From: Alphaproteobacteria bacterium
GTDB taxonomy: Bacteria; Pseudomonadota; Alphaproteobacteria; Holosporales; JBOFFI01
Length of the DNA stretch: 64,000 nucleotides
Direction: 5' to 3'
Assembly (NCBI GenBank): GCA_051648545.1
Contig: JBOFFI010000044.1
Location: 5,797-69,796, forward strand
Positions 58,534-64,000 of the stretch are shown one piece after another. Numbering within the stretch: position 1 is the stretch's first letter; each line of letters opens with the position of its first letter. Position numbers and translations under genes: made by a program. The notes beneath the pieces were generated by a model. It made no database searches. It was not told the DNA's origin and was given only the letters and a program-made list of their open reading frames with translations.

Positions 58534-59678
58534 TTACTTGTTTCCAGCAAGCTCGTTTAGCTTATCCAGAAATAGTTTGTCGAAATGATAGATTGCTTTG
58601 GGTTTAACATGACGACTCCAGGAATCAGGAACACTACTGCTTGTTTTTTCTAAGTTTTCATGGAAGATGGGCCCCATGGAAACACTTAAACCAGGCACAG
58701 TATAAAGTGCATGATAGGCAAAAAAATCATCTATTTCAGAGCATTCCGTAAACTTTTATAGCGGTCCAAAAGAGCGCTCGGTTTTGCAATCAACGCTCTG
58801 CCCTGTTTCTAGCGCAAAAGGAGTGCTTTTTGTAATATGAATTTTACTTTCAGTAAGGCTCACATCTCCCCCCTCTAACTCTTTCAGAATAATGTTAGAT
58901 ACAGGTTCATTTACACGAATGGTGAGAGGATCTGCACCTAAGAAAGTAACCTTGCAATCTAGACGGTCATTTTCAAATGAAAAAAAAGTGACTGGATTGT
59001 TGGATAAATGGACGAATCGAGCGAAAAGGGGAGAGATAGAACCAAAACCTAAGGGAGAGGGGTGTTCACAAACTGCATCTTCAAAGTCAATCCCAGCAAA
59101 CAGATTCTTATTAAGAATTGGTTGTTTAATAACCATATCACCTAAGATTTTTAAGGGGCCTTCTTGTGCCGCAGCACCAAAATTATAATTTCTTCCAGCG
59201 ACTGCAAAAGGATCAGAATTTTTTGTGATACTTGGATACAAGGATCAATGAGCCTGCTTTGTAGGCTATTACCATTTCTATCAAGTTCAAATTTTTTCCA
59301 GGCTTTTAAAGATGCCTGGGTCAAAAATCCATCGGTATCTTTTAACGTCATAGATAAACCATCAGCTTTAATAGTTATTTGACTTAACCAATTCAAAGCA
59401 TTTGGATTATTTGTGCTCACAAGCAATGGGTTAAAGATGATATTTTCAACATGATAATTACCAAGAGGCAAATCGTCTGCTGAGAAGCCTGCGAAAGGCT
59501 GTTTATTGATGAAAGTTGCAAAACCAGAAATGCGAATGGCTTCTTTTGTTTCCTCAGAAATATCTGGATAATAAACATAACCTTCAAGGTTTTGAGGCGT
59601 TTTTAGGTTAAGGCGGTTCTCAAGAAAATGGTGAAAAAATGTGACCTTAGTTCTTGTCTTCCCCTTCGGCCATAGACT
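58534..59678 (-). pseudogene. decayed gene: no start codon, one frameshift, one in-frame stop
   Basis: The reading frame is open from 59678 with no ATG/GTG/TTG for 69 codons (..FFHHFLENRLNLKTPQNLEGYVYYPDISEETKEAIRISGFATF..). The frame changes near 59241-59250. An in-frame TAA at 58756-58758 is followed by 73 more open codons in the same frame, ending at the stop at 58534-58536. Confidence 0.5.
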
Positions 59679-60099
59679 CTAGATTACACTTGATGGCAAA
59701 AAGCGTTAAACTTCCATCATCATCGTTGACCTCTATGTTTTCTCCATTCTTAGGCCGTCTTACATCATAAGAAAAATCAAGGGGGAGATGATATCCATGG
59801 AATGCATTCCAAAGAATTCTAGAATAGCTAGATTCAATTTTTTTTGAACCATTATGTTGGATAACAGTATCTTTTGCAAAAACATCTCCATCAAAGTAAG
59901 AACCTATAGCTTGAACCTGAACTTTACTTATGATTGCTGTTCCGTCTGTTGGCACTGATAATCCATCTTTTATTTTTTGATCAAGTTTAACGCCTTTAAT
60001 GATATATTGCCTTCCGTTATAGGGACCATCGTCACCGTTTGCCATGACTTGAAAAGAGGTGGATAGCAAAAGTGTGAGTGCTAAAAATTTGTGTTTCAT
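59647..60099 (-). CDS. secreted hypothetical protein
   Basis: 150-aa AT-rich ORF with signal peptide MKHKFLALTLLLSTSFQVMA. It may be the N-terminal part of the decayed gene downstream. Confidence 0.5.
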   Translation of the reverse strand: MKHKFLALTLLLSTSFQVMANGDDGPYNGRQYIIKGVKLDQKIKDGLSVPTDGTAIISKVQVQAIGSYFDGDVFAKDTVIQHNGSKKIESSYSRILWNAFHGYHLPLDFSYDVRRPKNGENIEVNDDDGSLTLFAIKCNLESMAEGEDKN

Positions 60100-60328
60100 C
60101 AGTCAATTTTCCGTTATTTGATAGTATGTTTGACATAATAATTAAATAAAAATTAATATTCATCTTTTTTAAATAACCATTTGTTAAATATTTTTTTATG
60201 TGTCTTTTTGTAACATTTTAGACAAAAATCTATGGCTTTCTAAATTTGTTAAATCTCCCTCGCTATTTAACCTTTCTTCGGCTATGCTCTCTTCTAATTA
60301 AATTTGGAAAAATAAGGTGGAAAAACCT

Positions 60329-61027
60329 ATGTCCCGCACGACATCTTCATCGTCTTTTTTTAAAGAAACATCAGCGGTATATCAGCAAGATTTGCAAGAA
60401 AAAAAAGCTATTTTAGAAGCCTCTTTTCCTTTTGTTACGGAAAGCGGATGGGTTAAAGAAGCCCTTGAGAAAGGCGCTCTACAGCTTGGGTTAGATCCTG
60501 CTGCAGTGTGGTGCTTATTCCCGGAAGGGGTGGTTGACGCCCTGCATGTTTACCATCACCTGCTGGACCAGCGTATGGTTGAGAAAATGGAAGCCATGCC
60601 TCTGGAAACCATGGGGATGACAGAAAAAATCACCTGGTGTGTCCGCACACGGCTTTGTTTGATGGGGGAAGCAAAACCTGTTGCTGTTAAAGCGGCGCGT
60701 TTTTTGATGCAACCCTCTCATCTCTTCCTTGGGAAACAATGGATTTCAGAAACGGTTCACAAAATGTGGGTCGTTGCGGGGGACACCTCAACGGATTATA
60801 ATTTTTACACAAAACGGTTTTTGCTGGCTGCTGTTTACGGCTCTACGCTTTTATATTGGATGCGAGACACATCCCAGAACCATCAAAACACCTGGACTTT
60901 TCTTGAAAAACGCATTCAAAATGTGCTGCTGATTCAAAAAATTAAGCCCTTTTGCGCTGCCCCTATTGAACAATTTCAAAAAGGCTTTTCTAACGTCAAG
61001 GATTTGTTTAACCGATTTAAGCTATAG
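60329..61027 (+). CDS. COQ9 family protein (rpsU-divergently-transcribed protein type)
   Basis: Blocks GWVKEALEKGALQLGLDP, MPLETMGMTEKITWCVRTRL and DTSTDYNFYTKRFLLAAVYGSTLLYW resemble bacterial COQ9 homologues. ATG 60329 has AAGGTGG upstream. Confidence 0.75.
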   Translation: MSRTTSSSSFFKETSAVYQQDLQEKKAILEASFPFVTESGWVKEALEKGALQLGLDPAAVWCLFPEGVVDALHVYHHLLDQRMVEKMEAMPLETMGMTEKITWCVRTRLCLMGEAKPVAVKAARFLMQPSHLFLGKQWISETVHKMWVVAGDTSTDYNFYTKRFLLAAVYGSTLLYWMRDTSQNHQNTWTFLEKRIQNVLLIQKIKPFCAAPIEQFQKGFSNVKDLFNRFKL

Positions 61028-61032
61028 CCACT

Positions 61033-62025
61033 CTAGGGCTTCTCTTCAATTTCTTTCAAAATTTCTCGGATGAGGAAGCGTGGACGCTGGCGGACGATCT
61101 GGTAAATTCGCCCTATATATTCTCCCAGCATGCCAATGCCTGTAATGACAATGCTGACCAGGAAGAAAAGGATGGCGAACAAGGTGAAGAGGCCCTCTGC
61201 TTCTGGCCCCAAAAATAAGCGCCGTAATAGCAGGTAAATCACCAGGAGGCTGCTCAAAAAAGAAACAAACATCCCAAAAAAGGTGAACACGTGGAGCGGC
61301 ACCAAGGAAAACCCTGTAAACAAATCAAAATTGAGACGCAGCAATTTGTAGAGGTTGTATTTGGACGCATCATTTTCTCGGGCAACATGCTCAATCCCCA
61401 CCTCCGTCGGATTTGCCGCAAAGGTGTAAGCCAGCACGGGGACCAACGTTGCTGTTTCTGGAGACATGACAACAGCATCCACAATCGCGCGGCTATAGGC
61501 GCGCAGCATACATCCATGGTCACGCATTTGAATTTGGGTCACCTTCCCCCGAATCCAGTTCACCAGCCGGGAAGCGTAGGTTCGAAACCAGCTGTCATGG
61601 CGCAGCAGACGATAGCTCCCAACATAGTCATGCCCCTGGTCCACCAGCTCCAAAAGCTTAGGGATTTCCTCAGGGGGGTTTTGAAGGTCAGCATCCATGG
61701 TAAGGACAAATGCGCCTTCCGAGAGCTCAAACCCAGCCATAATAGCCATGTGCTGGCCATAGTTACCGTTGAACTCAATCACGCGAATCTGCTGGGGACG
61801 TTCCTCAAAGAACCGCTTTAATATCTGGCTGCTTTTATCCTTGCTTCCATCGTTGGTGAGGATGATCTCATAGGAGCGCCCCGTTTGATCTAACACGGCC
61901 GCCAAACGCTTATAAAGCTCTTCCAAGTTTGCTTCTTCATTGTAAACAGGCACTACCACCGATAAAAAAGGTTTTTTGACGTCTGTTTTAACCACATCCT
62001 GGGTCATGGGCGCATTCATCTCCAT
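61033..62025 (-). CDS. arnC: GT2 polyprenyl-phosphate aminosugar transferase (ArnC-like)
   Basis: LSVVVPVYNEEANLEELY, TNDGSKDKS and MDADLQNPPEEI motifs, plus two C-terminal TM helices. Confidence 0.8.
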   Translation of the reverse strand: MEMNAPMTQDVVKTDVKKPFLSVVVPVYNEEANLEELYKRLAAVLDQTGRSYEIILTNDGSKDKSSQILKRFFEERPQQIRVIEFNGNYGQHMAIMAGFELSEGAFVLTMDADLQNPPEEIPKLLELVDQGHDYVGSYRLLRHDSWFRTYASRLVNWIRGKVTQIQMRDHGCMLRAYSRAIVDAVVMSPETATLVPVLAYTFAANPTEVGIEHVARENDASKYNLYKLLRLNFDLFTGFSLVPLHVFTFFGMFVSFLSSLLVIYLLLRRLFLGPEAEGLFTLFAILFFLVSIVITGIGMLGEYIGRIYQIVRQRPRFLIREILKEIEEKP

Positions 62026-63221
62026 ATATCTTTAAGGGCTTCCACAACTCGATCTTGATCAGCTTCTGTCATATCAGGGAAGAGAGGAAGGCTTAAAATT
62101 TGTTCCCCAATGCGTTCTGCTTCGGGGAACTGGCCCGTTTTGAAGCCAAAGTGATGTTGGTAATAGCTGTAGGTGTGGGGCGGAACATAATGAATGCCCG
62201 TCCCAATGCCATAGTGCTCTTTCAGGCGTTGCGCTACTTCATCTCGCGATATCCCTCCATCCCCAGGCTGAATCAAAGGCGCAAACAGGTGCCAATTATG
62301 GAGAACTCCTTTCGACGGCATGGGCGGAAGCTTAAGCTGGGGCAGCGATCCCAAAAGCTGAACATAGCGCTGGGCAAGGGCGTTTCGCTTTTCGATAAAC
62401 CCATCTAAGGCTTTCAACTGGTGTAGCCCTAAAGCAGCCTGCAGATCCATCATGTTAAATTTATGGGCTGGCAGGATGACGTCATAGTGCTGGCTCCCCT
62501 TTTGGGTGAAGCGATCCCAGGCGGGCCTATCAATTCCGTGGAAGCGAAGGGCCTGAAGCTTTCGAAGCAGGGCTTCATCCTGAACAGCGATGCACCCCCC
62601 CTCTCCGGTGGTCATGTTCTTGTTGGGATGGAAGCTGAAAACCTGCATGTCCCCGAATCCACCAATTTTGCGGCCATCAACGGCGCTTCCAATGGCGTGT
62701 GCCGCATCTTCAATCACCCGAAGGCCATGCTTTTGGGCCAACGCATATAATGCTTGGGTGTCCACCGGGAGCCCTGCAAAGTGAACCGGAAGAATCGCTT
62801 TGGTCCGAGGGGTTATGGCGGCTTCCACTGCGTTCATATTGAGGTTATAGGTTTTGGGATCAACATCCACCAGCACGGGGCGCCCGCCCGCAAGCACAAT
62901 CGTGTTGAGGGTTGCCACAAAAGTAAGCGGTGTGGTGATGACTTCATCCCCTGGCTCAAGCCCTATAGCCACAAGGGACATGTAAAGACCAGCAGTTCCC
63001 GAAGAAACACACAAAACATGTGGCGCACCTAGGTAGGCTTTGAGGGCTTCCTCAAATTGCTGAATCCGGGGGCCCGTTGTGATCCAGCCTGAACGTAAAC
63101 AGTCTGCAACCTCTTGAATGGCTGCTTCACTGATGGAAGGCTTTGCAAAGGGCAGAAACGGTTGTATCTCGCCTTTGGGCTGCTCGTCTTTAGATGAATC
63201 TTTAAGCTGTTTTTGCGACAA
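62016..63221 (-). CDS. arnB: DegT/DnrJ/EryC1/StrS aminotransferase (ArnB-like)
   Basis: PLP-lysine context FSFHPNKNMTTGEGG, and the GWITTGPRIQQFEEAL N-terminal block. Confidence 0.85.
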   Translation of the reverse strand: MSQKQLKDSSKDEQPKGEIQPFLPFAKPSISEAAIQEVADCLRSGWITTGPRIQQFEEALKAYLGAPHVLCVSSGTAGLYMSLVAIGLEPGDEVITTPLTFVATLNTIVLAGGRPVLVDVDPKTYNLNMNAVEAAITPRTKAILPVHFAGLPVDTQALYALAQKHGLRVIEDAAHAIGSAVDGRKIGGFGDMQVFSFHPNKNMTTGEGGCIAVQDEALLRKLQALRFHGIDRPAWDRFTQKGSQHYDVILPAHKFNMMDLQAALGLHQLKALDGFIEKRNALAQRYVQLLGSLPQLKLPPMPSKGVLHNWHLFAPLIQPGDGGISRDEVAQRLKEHYGIGTGIHYVPPHTYSYYQHHFGFKTGQFPEAERIGEQILSLPLFPDMTEADQDRVVEALKDIWR

Positions 63222-63573
63222 GGTAGATACCTCCTAAAATCAATCCGATGCCAAGGATACGCGGAACCCCAAGGGTTTCTTGAAAAAAGAGAACCCCCGC
63301 AAGGGCCGTTAAAACATAACTAAGGCTTAGGAGGGGAACTCCATAGCTCAAATCAACCTCAAAAAGGGCTCTCAGCCAACATAAAAGGCTGATCCCATAG
63401 CACCCAACCCCCATAAAAATAAAAGGATTCTTAAAAAAGTGCAAGCCCATTTGGAGGTAAGATTCTGAAGAAAAAGCCCAGTTTCCAATCTGTTGAACCC
63501 CTAATTTTAAAAAGACTTGGGCCGCCGTATTCAACAAAGCGCTTGCCAAAATCATCCACAGGGTAGCTGTCAT
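63202..63573 (-). CDS. EamA/SMR-like 4-TM protein (ArnE/ArnF-type flippase subunit candidate)
   Basis: 123-aa ORF with four hydrophobic helices. Located between the ArnT-like and ArnB-like genes. Confidence 0.6.
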   Translation of the reverse strand: MTATLWMILASALLNTAAQVFLKLGVQQIGNWAFSSESYLQMGLHFFKNPFIFMGVGCYGISLLCWLRALFEVDLSYGVPLLSLSYVLTALAGVLFFQETLGVPRILGIGLILGGIYLVAKTA

Positions 63574-64000
63574 CAGGGAGCCTCCTGGGGAGAGGTTGGC
63601 TGGTTAGAAATAATTGCATAATCCCCATCCTGCCAAAGAATAAAAAAAGGTGTTTCTAAAGAAAGCGTTTTAAGATGCATCGGGTTCATCACCAGAAACA
63701 CGCGGTTCTCCCCCTTCCACAGCTCTTGAAAGGCGCTTTGATCTAACAGTTGTTTCTTCCAGGGCTCTTGGGAAGCCCCGAAGGCGAGCTCTCCTTGGAA
63801 ACCAACAACAGTGACGGTGCGCTCTAGATAAACCGGTAGATCTTGATAATAGGCGCGATAGCTGGCAACCACATCCCCTGGTTTCAGGAGATTTTTGATA
63901 TAAAAGGCTGGGGTTTGGATAGACACCCGCGGCTGGAGGTAAGGGTCAGCGTACATCAAAACCCCCAGAAAAAGTAACGTTGTTACCAAAATCCGTTTTA
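63573..64000 (-). CDS. arnT: GT39/ArnT-like glycosyltransferase, C-terminal part (gene continues beyond window)
   Basis: The frame is open to the window edge. The C-terminal soluble-domain pattern (VASYRAYYQDLPVYLERTVTVVGFQGELAFG ... VFLVMNP) resembles the ArnT/PMT_2 family. Confidence 0.6.
   Translation of the reverse strand, partial: KRILVTTLLFLGVLMYADPYLQPRVSIQTPAFYIKNLLKPGDVVASYRAYYQDLPVYLERTVTVVGFQGELAFGASQEPWKKQLLDQSAFQELWKGENRVFLVMNPMHLKTLSLETPFFILWQDGDYAIISNQPTSPQEAP

Noticed and set aside
1-64000. CRISPR arrays, rRNA genes, IS transposases, integrases and prophage genes.
   Set aside because: I saw no regularly spaced repeat array, no rRNA-like conserved strings and no transposase- or integrase-like ORF in the six-frame track.

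Overview
This is a 64-kb chromosomal segment that I infer is alphaproteobacterial. The basis is LpxI instead of LpxH, an alphaproteobacterial-type AddB, DUF1467, COQ9, a YbjN-SecB pair, and the rseP-bamA-skp-lpxD-fabZ gene order. Several features suggest a host-associated or intracellular lifestyle, but this is inference only: a secreted RNI-type LRR protein, a Fic protein, a MORN-repeat protein, several AT-rich orphan genes with signal peptides, and one decayed gene.

The conserved backbone, in order, is: tRNA-Trp-secE-nusG-rplK-rplA-rplJ-rplL-rpoB-rpoC; tRNA-Val(GAC); a PCuAC copper chaperone; dnaG-rpoD; ndk; fdx-iscX; glmU-glmS; tRNA-Val(CAC); a SAM methyltransferase; gyrA; ybjN-like-secB; cutA; rseP-bamA-skp-lpxD-fabZ; thrS-infC; phaC; lpxA-lpxI-lpxB (opposite strand to lpxD-fabZ); addB; tsaE; DUF1467; lpxK; waaA; nusB; COQ9; and an arnT-arnE/F-arnB-arnC-like lipid A modification operon that runs off the right edge. 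I saw no rRNA, CRISPR array, transposase or integrase.

The most notable observations are:
- The Fic gene is bracketed by 59-bp direct repeats that keep a palindromic core.
- A 112-bp MITE-like double-hairpin element with compensatory stem substitutions sits at one end of an inferred ~10.7-kb inversion that splits the lipid A cluster.
- A secreted Cys-rich protein has a long glycine-zipper segment and an internal G9 tract.
- A secreted LRR protein is paired with a disordered secreted protein.
- A BacNaV-like channel has a degenerate voltage sensor and an atypical pore filter.
- A 635-bp non-coding gap lies where addA would be expected.

I found no clear multi-gene novel system. All coordinates and alignments were worked out by eye from the sequence and the ORF track.
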